Position numbers and translations under genes: made by a program
In this document: positions 52,085 to 64,000 of the stretch, piece after piece
Numbering within the stretch: the stretch's first letter is position 1
Layout: every line of letters starts with the position of its first letter
Notes under the pieces: model-generated
The model's database searches: none
The model's input: the letters and a program-made list of their open reading frames with translations, nothing else
Told to the model about the DNA's origin: nothing
Assembly (NCBI GenBank): GCA_973895155.1
Contig: OZ316897.1
Location: 7,616,470-7,680,469 of the forward strand
DNA: 64,000 nt
Reading direction: 5' to 3'
Source: Marsupella aquatica
Lineage: Eukaryota > Plantae > Marchantiophyta

Positions 52085-52782
52085 GGAGACGTACACTTAG
52101 TGGATTTCCAAACCAAACTTTTTCTCTTAATGGACCAAAAGATAGGGATTCTTTCCAAGTGAACCCAACATTTTTCAAATTCTCTCCCAATGGACCTTTG
52201 GGTCCACTCCATAAACATTGTTCTTGTGGAATGGTTTACAACATTGTTCAGGCCAACTATGTAGCCTGTTATTGTGCTTGGTCCCGTCTAGTAACGTCAA
52301 AGATAAATGTGTAGAGTGTGAATCACACAAGGGCTGTAGACCCTGGCCGCAATAGAGCACCCAAGCACCGTAGCAAAGTAGCTGTCCTGCTTGGTTGAAT
52401 ACATTGTGACTATTGTATTCAAACTATAAATGAAGGATCTTCCAATCATACCAAAGAACCCAAGTGCTGTATCGTGACCTCCCAGTTGGGTTGACTATAT
52501 TGTGACTATGTATTCAAGGTACAAAATCAAGGATCTTCTGACTGCATCAGAGCACCCAAGCGCCATAGCACCGTGTCCCAACTTGGTTGAATACATTGTG
52601 GCCATTGTATCCAAACTATAGAGGAAAGAGTTTACGGCAGGCAACATTGAAGCACACAAGCGCCATAGCATCCCCAACCTCACTGCTTTTTTGAAGACAA
52701 TGTGAATATTGTATAAAAAAGAGTCAAAGAAAGTTTTAAAATTACAATGTGCCTGCCTTTGATAAACTAAGTATATTTCTCC
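52085..52782. mobile_element. ~700-bp MITE-like deletion derivative of the 40127-44290 MULE family
   Basis: Termini GGAGACGTACACTTAGT...ACTAAGTATATTTCTCC; TSD ACACACTT / ACACATTT; first ~270 bp align with 40127-40400. Confidence 0.8.
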
Positions 52783-53284
52783 ACACATTTCATACTCATC
52801 AAAGCTGAGACTTCATACTCCTCAAAAGTTTAGCCCTCATACTCCATAATTCAACTGGATAAGTGAATTAATCCGTGGACCCCCATGTTATTTTAGAGGC
52901 AGTTATCTAGAAACTGAAGCCTAGATGGACCTCCAAATCTAAAGAAAACAAATTCAAAAATGGACAAGTCAATGTTTGACACTTGAAACAGTTGCCAAAC
53001 TTACCAAGGCAACCATAATTAACATCAATCGTAAAACCAGCTGCAATGTGAATTATTGTTTAATGTGTGGGTAGCTTAATTGCCCACTTCAACAAAACGG
53101 TGCTCGACGGTTTCTTCCACGGTACCGACGGGATGCTGGATGCACTCAAGTTGCATTGAAAGTAATCACTTTCAATTCCTACACATAGATAGACAAAGAG
53201 AGAGAGAAGTCATCGGTGTCATCAAATCATTAATGATTAAGACAAAGTTTCATGGAAGCAAATCTCCAATTGTGGAATGGAATC

Positions 53285-53502
53285 GATCAAAAGCTAGAGA
53301 AATTTAGAAACTCATGACCACTTTAGTACTTGATAAAATCTCCCAATGTAACACTCATTGGAAAGCTAAAGAACATTGGAAACTTCTAATCACCTCAGAA
53401 CTCAACTAAATCTATCAATGTTAAGTTCATTAAAAAGCTAAAGAATTTTAAAATTCATAATCTCCTTAGTACTCAATAAAATCTGTCAATTTTAGGTTCA
53501 TT
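53285..53502 (+). repeat. 72-bp tandem repeat x3 (diverged)
   Basis: AAAGCTA.AGAA recurs at ~53290, 53362 and 53434 with conserved downstream sequence. Confidence 0.75.
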
Positions 53503-55076
53503 CTCATGGAGGGGGTCAACATTTCAGGGTTTGTACAACAAAGATTTCTATTCACGTTAGAGATTATGAAATCACAGGTTAAATTTATTTTTCAAATTAC
53601 TTACTCAATTCTTACCGAATGATGACAATGCTAAGCTCATCAAGACCGTCTCTTCAAGATCTTTCTAACGCCATATTATACTGAGTTTTCATTGTGATTT
53701 GACTTAGCAATGTCAAATCAAAAATTGCTACCAAGAAAATTTTATGTTTTGAACAAAATCAAAATGTAAATAAAACAGTTATTGGGAGCAGGTTTACCTC
53801 AATCTTTTTGTCTTTTGATTTGCATGTCAGTTTTTTTTACATTCTTTTTTACGGCATGGCGTCCCAATTTTTACAAAAAACTTGGCACAAACACGAATGC
53901 AAAAGTTAATTTTATCCAAAAACAAGTCTCTTCCTCCTTTGCAACGTGCCATGATGATGTGGTGCACTGTGGAGCCAGGAATTTTGCAAAGGATCCCTAA
54001 TGGGGGTCCGTAATGAAATGTAATTGTCTGCTGCACCCATCAGTAAATTTTATTATGTATGCAAAGGAGTAACTGAGAAATGCATATGTACGCTAACTGA
54101 TGGAAGTGCACTTACGTATTTGTTCTTTAGTGCCGATATTTATTGTTTCACAAATATATTTATTACAAAGGAATTTGGTTTAATATTAGGGGACTACATG
54201 GCAGGCCGTACTTATATGTGCAGCACTAATGCACCATGACTATTTAAATTTCACACATTTTATCACCGTAAGTTTGGGTCGCATTAGTCTAAGTATCCTA
54301 TAACTTTTTCCACTACTGTGTCTCAAACCTCTAGGTTTTAGCTCAGGTCACGGTTGCACAGGTTTCCCTAAAACAAAATGGCACACTTGCAATTAGTTGG
54401 TTTACCAGTGATTGTAGTCCAAAATTGGGCCAGAATTGTTTTTGTGGCCCTTCAGGTTGAGACTCCCTACTAATTCCTACTCATGCCTCTAGGCTTCATT
54501 TTCCAAGTCCTACAAATAAATTTGCGGGAAAATTTGATGCTTGGTTGGACCAAAGCATTGATCTCAGGACTCAGATCAAGCAAGGTGCTTGTCACCCTAA
54601 AAAATGAAGTCATGCAGGAGAACGTGTGACGCCAATGACATGGTCCTTATTCTATAATCTGATTAACTAGGCTGTTGTATGCAAGGAGTAGCTATTGATA
54701 TTGCATAACAATTAGCAAGCTGGCAAGAATAAGGCCAATCATGGCGTTAAGAGTAGGGATAAAGGTATTTCAACTTGAAGACTGCACAACCAAGCAGACA
54801 CAGTTGAGGTAGTCACTGTCAAGGCCACAAAGGAGAAACTAGGAAGAGAGGATTCAGCTCTTCAAGCATACCATCTTCTTGACAAGCAAGATGGAGCATG
54901 GAGGCTCTTAAAGACGCCGGTACGGAGGTAGGCATGATAATTCAAGGAAGTGAGTCTCCATAGCTGAGTATGAAGCTATGGGATATGGTGATTGTTCTCA
55001 GGATGAAATCTAAATGTCTTGGGTGTGTAGCTTCATTTTGTTAGTTAGGTTAGTGGTTCATAGTCTAGTCTTAGAA

Positions 55077-57278
55077 TGTTAGGGAAATAAACGACTATGT
55101 CGCGGGTGGTCGGCAACCATATCTCGTTCAATACGTCACCAAATCCGGATCTGTAAAGAGCGTTGCAAAGATCTGGTCAAGGTAAGTAAAATCGATATAA
55201 AACACTTGGGAAACGGAGGTGTATTAAGAAAGATACGATCTGATTAGTGTGATGGGTTAACTTGTGGCCGAAATTAGCGGATTCAGCTTCGGTTTCGGGT
55301 TAACCTAAGCTCGGCCACGGCTTAGCTCAGGTGAGCACGGCTTTAGCTTAGCTTAGGTCAGCATGGCTTCAGCTTAGCTCAGGTCAGCACAGATTCAGCT
55401 TAGGCTTAACTCGGGTTTGGATTAGATTGATCCCGGGTTAGACTAAACTTGGGTTAACCTAAAGTCGGGCTTGGGTTAGCATAGGTAAGCTCGGGTTAGG
55501 GCTCAGCTTAGCCTAGGTCAGCGAATAGTAGGTAGCGGCCTAACTCGAGACCACGGGTTAGATCTACTCGGGTTAGATAGGATAGCTATGTTAGCCAAAC
55601 TCGGGTTAGCTATGTAACTCGGGTCAGCGAAACAGTGAGTACCCTCTCTCGGTTGTGGGGGCATAACTCTCTGTGTATTTGACCAAATTGGCTATAATTG
55701 ACCTCGTTGGAAAGAGGAGCTCAAGCCGCTTCCAACGCTGCTATCCACGCAGCAGATGGTTGAATAGAGAAATCGTGAGAGGAGGCGCAAGCTCGAAAAA
55801 ACTATGGAGGAGGGGCAAATCCAAAGTACATAGCCAATTCGAGATAGAAATAAAGCTGCAAGTTAGGGTTTAGTAGTTAGAGATAGTGGCGGCTCTGTTA
55901 GGGCTAGGATGGGGCTCCAGCAGCGTAGTATCCACCCATTTGGGCTCAGTGTGAGAGTATATAGAGCAACCCCCCCCCCCCGGTAGAAGGCAGGGGGGAC
56001 TTCAGTTGTGTGATCTCACGTAGACTGAGCAACAGGGAGGAGCTCTGTGCAAGGAAGGCTGGGCTTGGAAGCTGTGTGTTGGGGAGAGCTTGGTTGTGCT
56101 ATTACTCAGGGAGTGATCAACCACGCTTCACAACAATAGTTGGCCAGGTTTGCAAGCTGGATTGTGGCTCTTTCTAGTAGGCAACCTGGTAGGCACCACA
56201 ACTGGGCTCTTTTCCCCGATACAGAGCCTTGGTGATAGGTGATGTGTTGGTGATTGTAAATTGTGGGGAGGATTTCAATATGATTTGCGGTGAGCACATT
56301 AGGGAGGCTGAGATACTGATTGAGGGGCAGCAAGAGGAGCATTTACAGTTTAGTCTAGCAAGGCTACATGATCCATGGGGAGTCCCGGCCTTTGTCTGGT
56401 AGAGAGCACTAAGGGATTTATGGCCAGAGCTGAGCTTGCAGGGCAAGCGTGAGGCCAGGCCTCATTGCAATTTGGGGTAGATTGCCGTTAGGACTGGTAC
56501 CAGTTTTGAAGTCGAGTCAACTGTGCATGCGTAACTTGCCATTCTGAAATGGAGGTGTGAGATGTGTATGTGCCCCCAAGAAAGAAGTGAAGTGAAGGAG
56601 GTTGAGTTCAGGATTGAGTTTGCAAGGTAAGTACGGGATTGGTTCAAGTCCAATCTGCCGTTGCAATCTGGAGTGAGTCGGGCTCAGGTTCAGGATTGAG
56701 CTTGCAGGGCAAGCACGGGGCTTGTAGGGCAAGCACGGGGCTTGTAGGGCAAGCACGGGGCTTGTAGGGCAAGCACGTCGCAATCTAGAGTAGACAGCTT
56801 TTGGGCCTATTGTTCGGATCAAGTGTTCTCAGTGAACTATTGTGCACTTTGAATCTAATTGAGTTTTCCTCTCAGGCCTCATTTCTCTCATGGATACGTG
56901 TGTGTGTGTGAGGCAATCTGAGTGTATGATGGGACTAGCAGCGCCACTGAGAGGTGTACCGGGTGCATTGAAGTGGGTTGGGTGAGGGCTGTCATAGCTC
57001 TGATTGCTAAGAGTGGAATGACAGAGTGGTGGGGCAATGGCTTAGAAGTCCCTAAGCCAGGAATCCGTCAAGAGTCACTAGTTTATGGGTACATTCCGGC
57101 GGCGGAATAGAAATATACCTATGACAATAAGCATACATATAGACATATGCGCACCGTAGCACTAGGCCCTGTGTGTATGGGCCCAATATGAAGACCCCTT
57201 CTCACCAGAACTATCATGAGCACAAGATCTAATTCCCAACCTTGATTCCTAGGGATTGAGCTTGGGTGATGTGTGACA
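55077..57278. mobile_element. Probable large LTR-like repeat with internal minisatellites
   Basis: TG...CA candidate ends, GGGTTAG and CTTAGCTCAGGTCAGCA arrays, TATA-like TATATAG followed by a C run, 20-bp minisatellite; boundaries and TSD unresolved. Confidence 0.4.
56701..56777 (+). repeat. 20-bp minisatellite CTTGTAGGGCAAGCACGGGG, ~3.8 copies
   Basis: Directly visible, near-perfect tandem array. Confidence 0.95.
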
Positions 57279-58099
57279 GAGTCTTGCTATGATAGTCTGG
57301 TGTTAAGGGTATAAACTGGTGTTTATCGGCCTTCATAGCATCCCTTTATGATCCTCAGGTACAAGGAGATGGTTTTGGCACCCAATAGTGACGTTTTTGG
57401 TGTTAAGACCCATGTCAATCGCGTGACAAAACAATGTTATTAGAAACTAGGTAACGTGCTACAATGGTCCATATGGTTTACTACAATTCATCTGCACACA
57501 ATGTTCAAATATATTTCTTTTGTTGTTGACACTTTTCGAATGCATGCCTCAATTTCAGTTGCAGTACAAGTGACACCAAAATTTGGCCAAATAGTTCCTA
57601 GAAGTATCTTTACATATTCAGACTCATGCCCTGTACTGCCCAAGCCCAGTTGGCTACAAGGGGGAGATGAGCTAATTTTATGGTTGTTAGCCTTGACTGC
57701 CCGCACCTTGTTGCCCGAGCTCAATTGGTGGAAAGCAAGATTGAGGGGTACCAAAGGAGTCAATCAGGACTAAGGACAACCACTTTGAAGGATTGAAGGA
57801 AAGGATTGAAAATGTCATTAAAATGTGGTTGAATACCCTCCCCAAAAGGTTGGACACACTTCCACAAGGTTGGGGGCACTTCCAACAATGTTGTGCATAC
57901 TTCCACATACTTGGCATGCAAGATCTAACCTTTAAAGTTTTTCCAAACAATCCTAACCATTCCATGTCACATTTTGGTGATTATGGAATATTCTTGGAAT
58001 AAGGACAAGGAGTATATCCTTTTTGTGGAGAAAATGGGAGACTTTTCAGTACCCCTCAAGCTTGCTTTTGACCAATTGGCTACCACTTTACTACATAGA

Positions 58100-58442
58100 T
58101 ATTGAACATAGATGACAATCGCAACGGTAAGCACTTGACACATCCAATGCACAAGTAGTCGACACAAGAGATACGTGGTTCACCTCCTCGAGGCTACGTC
58201 CATGGGAACACACAAGAGAACTTTACTGAACTCTAAGCTCGTCGGCTATACCAAGTTTCCATAGTGTAAGCTCTCCTCATCTCTCAAGTGGCTCCGTAAT
58301 AATGAGCCTAAGTTCCACTTATCCAAGCAAACACCGCTTGGCATATAGTGTGCATCCTAGTTAACCTAACCACATCTCCAACTACAGTTAGCCTAACTAA
58401 GGTTATATGTCGTAACCCTAGACCTTGACTAAATATCTAACA
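58100..58442 (-). mobile_element. Copia-type solo LTR, same family as 24867-25211
   Basis: TATTGAACA...TCTAACA; full-length inverse homology to 24867-25211; TSD ATAGA/ATGGA. Confidence 0.85.
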
Positions 58443-60084
58443 ATGGAGACATCCATGAATATTTACTGATATTTAACTTTTTCAATTTAAAAAAACCAAG
58501 GGATGTTAAGATAATTCTTAAAACTCAGGTTGGGCTTACTGAGGGTTTCTTTGGAGTATGTTGTATGTAACGTGTGGCACGGAGTACTATGTGAGTGATA
58601 TGAGGCTTGCCACATTCATCAGCATCAGCATTTTATTAGTGGGAATTCTTTGCTAGATTTCACCTCTGCAAAATGTCTTCACCACTTTTAGCATCCTTAG
58701 TTATTTTATGTCTCATTTGCCAGGTTCCCACCTACTCACAGGCCCCATTAGCCAGAATCTAATGGTGCTCCTTAATTCTAGGGAGAACTAGTGGTTGGAA
58801 AATAATTTGGGAATTTCAGGTAAAGAATATTCCTAACATTTCTCTTTCACACACACCTGGCATTGGCCACTCTGGCTCATAAGGAAAAACCTTAAGGATT
58901 ACTCTGATCAGCATCCACTCCACCATAGCCAAGCTTCCCCCTTCCCTGTGAGATGTCCTGACAAAGCTTTCCTAAAACTGACAGCTAAGTAACAGAGTAT
59001 CGAGCAAAGTAGTCGGGGAAGCTATTAGGGATGAGACACAACATCGAGGCTAATCAATGCAATTAGCCCATACGACCCTGCCCGCTGTCCACTTTTTTTG
59101 ATGCCTGTATTAGGTCAAATATTGGGCGCGAATCCCTTTGGTCACCACCTGCCTCTAGGCTGCATGGTAAAGGAGCACACTGGGGCGGGGAGGTCAGAGT
59201 TTGAATCCTGCTGGCCATGAAAGCTTTTGTCATTCACCCCACCCAAAAGTTGGGTTCATTTATACCCTCTAAGTGACACTCATTTTTTTTGACTCACCGG
59301 TCTAGTATGCGGGCAGCTGAGTTTCTTTGTGAATGGAAAGCTGGAGTCAAATAGAACCCTGACTCGTCCATTTTTAATTGCATTTGGTGGGTGTGGAGTA
59401 ATTCCCCACAACGAGCTTGTGAATGAACTTGACTACAAAGCTGCACCTAAATAAATTGATCATTATGCAATAATACTCAATGGCACCTCTCAAAGTTGGA
59501 CACAAGAACTCTAGGTGACTTGGGGTAAAGCCACTCTTGGAAGCATTCACTCGATTTCAACTTGTCTTCCAATAGGGAAAAGTTGATCTAGACTTAAAAT
59601 CATTACTCACTGAGAACCCAAGTCAAAAATGACCATTGACTCACGCCTTCTACCACTTTACAGAAAACTCTGTTGTCCCTGACCTTTTGACCAAATATTT
59701 TGGGGTCCTAGTGAAACTTCAAACAATAAACTTATCCGTAAATTTGTCATGCATGTCCTCCTCCAATATTCAGGCTTGGGCAGATTTGATCCCTTTCCAT
59801 AAACTTGATAAACTTTGCTCTTGGGTTAAAGTAACATGAGAGAATACAACCTGGTTTGAACCGGAGAGACACATGTCAGCTAATCGGGGACGCAATGGTA
59901 ATGTGGGCAGGGACCCTGGATCAATGTGATTTCATCGACATGCTTTGAAGGAAGAGAGTTGCAGGCGAGGAGAACAGGGAATTGCATGTGCGCAATTTGT
60001 ATCTTGCTACTCCCTACACTAGAGCGCGCCTAAGTGTTGTGTCGGTGCTAGACTGTGTGGTCGACAGTTTGGTCACATTTCTAG

Positions 60085-61220
60085 ATGGCATCTGACATAG
60101 GAAGTTCTTCATCTAGCGATGAAGAAACGATGGACGACATTGAACAAGAGATCCTATTAATTCTTGGCTTGGCAGCACTAGTGGAGCAATCAGAAGTATT
60201 TTTCAATGAAAATGAGCTAGCGACACAAACTACTATGAACCACAATGTCGGAGCGAGGGATGTTCTTGCTGCCATGAGTGCCACCCCTGGCTTTTTCAGG
60301 AGTCTTACCAATTTCTCACTTGAAGAATTCCACGCGCTATGCCATCTGGTCTTCCATTGATTAGTCAGAATGCAAGGTCAACCGACATGGAGCATGTGAC
60401 GCGGGGGCGCCCTTTGAAGCTGAATCTAGAACAAAGATTGCTCATTTTATTCTCGTCATGAGGCATGACAACATTGTGATTTTTGATGCTTTTTGTTGGA
60501 ATTGGGCAAGGAGTTAAGTATGTGATGACCAGATCTTCATTGCTTCATGTATCAATGAAGCCATTGCCAGCAAAATCAGATGGCTGGATGCTGCAGAGAG
60601 GAGGATTTTAGGCACACAGGTTCCAGCTTTTCAAGGATGCATAGGAATTATTGATGGAACTCTCATCAAGATTCGTTGGCCAAAACGTGGAGATCATTCT
60701 ACATGGTTCAATGGCCGGAAGAAAATGTATTCCTACAAGAATACTCTCATTGTTGACCACAATGGACTGTTCAAACACCTGGACCTTGGTTTTCCAGGTT
60801 CTGCCCATGACATTAATATTTTGCGTGTGTCTTCTTTGCACCAGAATTGGCGACAACACTTTCCTCATACTGATGAATACTTTGAATTTCTACTAGGGGA
60901 CCCTGGGTACGTGGGAGAAGAGCAATACATTATGAGGAGGCTCAGTACACAAGAAATGCCTGAAGGAGCTGATGTCGGCATTATCTCTGCATACAACAAA
61001 ATGCATGCAGGATATCATATTAAGGTAGAATCGGAGGTTTAAAGAGAAAATGGAGGAGGCTCATGAAGAGGTATGATTGTACTTGTGAGAAGTACACTAT
61101 TCTAGTTCAAGCAGCAACCTTACTCACTAATTTTCTACAAAGGAGAAGACAAGATTCAGCCTATATGAGGTTGTTGGCGAGCACCATAGGAGTGACGACT
61201 ATGGTTGGGAAGGTGACTTC
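60085..61220 (+). pseudogene. PIF/Harbinger transposase (DDE_Tnp_4/HARBI1-like), frameshifted
   Basis: FFRSLTNFSLEEFHAL; GCIGIIDGTLIKI; FNGRKKMYS; GFPGSAHDINIL; LLGDPGY; YNKMHAGYHIKVE. Confidence 0.9.
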
Positions 61221-62570
61221 TAGCTCACCATAGTCTAGGTAGTCACCATATGACATTTGCTTTTTGTAGAGATTCATAATCAAGCTACAGGAGTTACTTT
61301 GATTTTCTCTATGTTTGTGAATCTGTGTCCAACAGATGGGTAGTTTTATAAACTTGTTCCATGCATGGTACAAGTTGACAATTTTTTCTCCGCTTCACAG
61401 ACATCTGTAAGCACACAAGAATGATATCATTTAATTGCAAAGTCCATTTTCCAATGTACCATTTGTCCACATGAGTTGAATGACAATTCAATTTCAAAAT
61501 TGGTGTTGGAACTTTATTAAGCATGGAGAGACAACAAGGAGTTGTCATAAGAACCTCGGGGGGGTCACTATATGGAGGGCCATACATCGCGTGCGATGTT
61601 TTAGGGTTTGACCCCCCTAACTTATAAGTGAAAAATATTTTTTTGCAAAGCGCTTTCTTTCGTTAAATTTTGTCATTTTTTATTAAAAAACCCCTAAAAA
61701 CTTTAAAGAAACACTAGAAGAATCCGAGGTGAACTGAGACCGCAATATGTGACTCATTTTGGCTCATGGGACTTCATTGTGACTCAACGTGACGTGACCC
61801 ACGCTGTGACCCTTGGAGTTGCAAAAGTTGAGACCAAAAAATGGAAGTCACTATTGATATGTACTGGGCTTTGCAACTTGCTTGATACCCATTTATGACT
61901 GATCTGTGACTTTATTGTGGAGTCTAGCCTTGTTTCTACGTGACTGCAATATGACTTTAACGAGTCACATGGTAAGTCCATACATGACTTACCCGCATTC
62001 AACAACGACTAGCTTGTGACCATTTAGTGTCACAAGATAGACCAATGGGGACCCTGGCCTGGGTCACACAACAGAACCATTTGAGACTCTATATACTCAT
62101 GTTTATAACTAATAAGGTTCACATGCAAGTTGTAACCATGACTAATGAACACAGAGGGACAGTTCATAAGGAGAGAGAGCACTCCACATTTTAATACATA
62201 GAAACACTGATGTTCTAACTTTAGAAATATAACACATTGAATACAAGAAATGAACATAGCATGAATGACATCCACATGAAACAAAGCATCATATAAGCAG
62301 ATCCTACATAAAAAATTCATAAGAATTAAACAGAATCACAATCTTGCTAAAAAATGAAGATCATTTGAATTCCAATGGAATAGTTTACAATGTGATCAAT
62401 GTAATTCAGACAAAACAGGAACTCATAACTGATGACTGCAGGATGAGATAACTGAAAGCACATGCATGATACTATGAATCTCCAAGAGGACATGATTCTT
62501 GTACTGTTTCTTGAGATCTAAAATCTACATAACATGACTCACACTACAAACAAATAATGGCATGACATTG

Positions 62571-63100
62571 TTATGGATCCTCTATGAACTTGGTTGGCCA
62601 TAATACCAAAGAACCTGCACCATCTCCAAGTGTCTTCTGAGGAGGATCATCATTTGTGTTTGGAATGGGAATGACAGCTTTAAGTTTCACTAGTAATGTA
62701 ACTAACACTATTGAAAAACCTGGGGGAATCCTCTTGCCATGGAACGTTGTAGAACCAACCTGCACTCTGCCAAATCCTACTCGTGTTCCACTCTCATCAA
62801 CAGCTAACAAGCCACTTTGTCCCTCAGCATTAGGTGCTTTCCCCACTTCCACCTTAGATCTTTTTGCCAGCACCGTTCTTGGAGGTTTGTATGAAACCTT
62901 TGACGTGGCTCTACTCCCACCAGCAGACTTGCTTTGTGTGCGCATGCTTCCTCTCTTCACAGTAGTGAAGCTAGGCTCAGTAGGTTCCTCTCTTAGGACT
63001 ATCACAGTAGCACGTTCCTCACCTGGGAGTGTCATACCAACTAACTCGTTGGTTGGATTTATCTCAACAAGAGGAGTATTTTTTGTAATTAAATAGGCCT
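62571..63100 (-). pseudogene. TE accessory ORF with Transposase_23/TnpA-like C-terminal domain
   Basis: GFGRV...FHGKRIPPGFSIVLV...AVIPIP...TLGDGAGSLVLWPTKFI. Confidence 0.55.
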
Positions 63101-63328
63101 ATGTGTTCTTTAAAGTCAACCAGTCAATAAAACATGCCCTATGTGTTCTTCCACCAAACTTTGGAAGTCTTCCGCCACACCCATTTAAATGGGCCTATAC
63201 TTTGTTGCGCGTGATGTGCCACTTCCGTGGAAGTGAACCCCCCGAGATAAGAACAAGTGACTCCCATGTAATAGTCTATACCAAACCATGCAATCTAGCT
63301 ACAACCCAAGACCTATGATAAGCTTAAC

Positions 63329-64000
63329 CTAATGCCTGAACTCCTCATCGGTGAGCACCCCAAATTCTAAAGCATTCTTCAAAATTTCAATCTGGTTCTT
63401 CTTTTGTCTATCTATAGCGAGCGAGACTTTCTTCTCAAGATAAGCTTCTCTCGTCACATTGGACTGAGTGAAGGCTTCTGCCAATGCTGCAAAGCTGGTT
63501 GATTGTTTCATCAACATCTGTCCTTTTGTCATGTGCACCTTCTCACTGAATTTTGATGGGGCATCTAGGGGCTTGGTTGCGCTGGTGCCATCCCGGACAA
63601 CATACTGTGGGGTTGCTGGTGATGGAACTCGTGGCACAACTAGGGGGCAGGTGCTACAATGGAAGGAATTGAAGCAATGCCATCAATAATGCTTTGCCTC
63701 CGTTTTAAGACATTCCTCTTTGCATGACCATTGGTTTTTTGGAGATGTTGAAAGGCCTCCTCATCTTTTAAGGCAATACGGTCTCCATTCTCCTCGTTTG
63801 AAGTCCCTATCTTCAACTCCTTCAAAGCATCACGAAGCTTCTCTTTCAATGTGTCTTCAGCAAAGGGAGATTGGGGATACTTCCGAATATATTTCTCATG
63901 GACCTTCTTCCAAACAACACTCGGAACCAATTGGTTCACTTTCTACTTCCTGCCCTTGGAGTAATCACTGAAAGCCATAGAATAGGCTGCCACCAGAGTG
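63329..64000 (-). pseudogene. Myb/SANT-like (trihelix) protein, probable Harbinger ORF2; runs off window
   Basis: VWKKVHEKYIRKYPQSPFAEDTLKEKLRDALKELK followed by a coiled-coil region; convergent with the Harbinger transposase; in-frame stop at ~63640. Confidence 0.5.

Overview
Eukaryotic, TE-dense land-plant DNA; a non-seed plant is a guess from general character only. There is one intact host gene, a 7-exon NAK/AAK1-type kinase (28103-34718). The first 25 kb is a nest of elements. A minus-strand Copia retrotransposon carries a 1.5-kb solo LTR and a CACTA element, both inserted at the start of its RNase H. The CACTA carries a SET-domain gene and is itself interrupted by an 11.5-kb Mutator-like element (1271-12789, 9-bp TSD). 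That MULE is the highlight. Besides a GCM/WRKY-like + DDE + SWIM transposase, it encodes a divergently transcribed, spliced gene with an N-terminal ParB/Srx-like domain and a C-terminal beta-class (N4C/N6A-type) DNA methyltransferase fold. It also carries 19 copies of the palindrome TAGCGCCNGGCGCTA, all outside the exons of its two main genes, and I saw none elsewhere in the window. This suggests a self-targeting ParB/parS-like or VANC-like DNA-modification or anti-silencing system (inference). The right half holds a second MULE family with its own spaced palindrome, solo LTRs, tandem repeats and a decayed PIF/Harbinger locus. All TE ORFs are disrupted. Domain calls come from visual motif recognition, not database searches.
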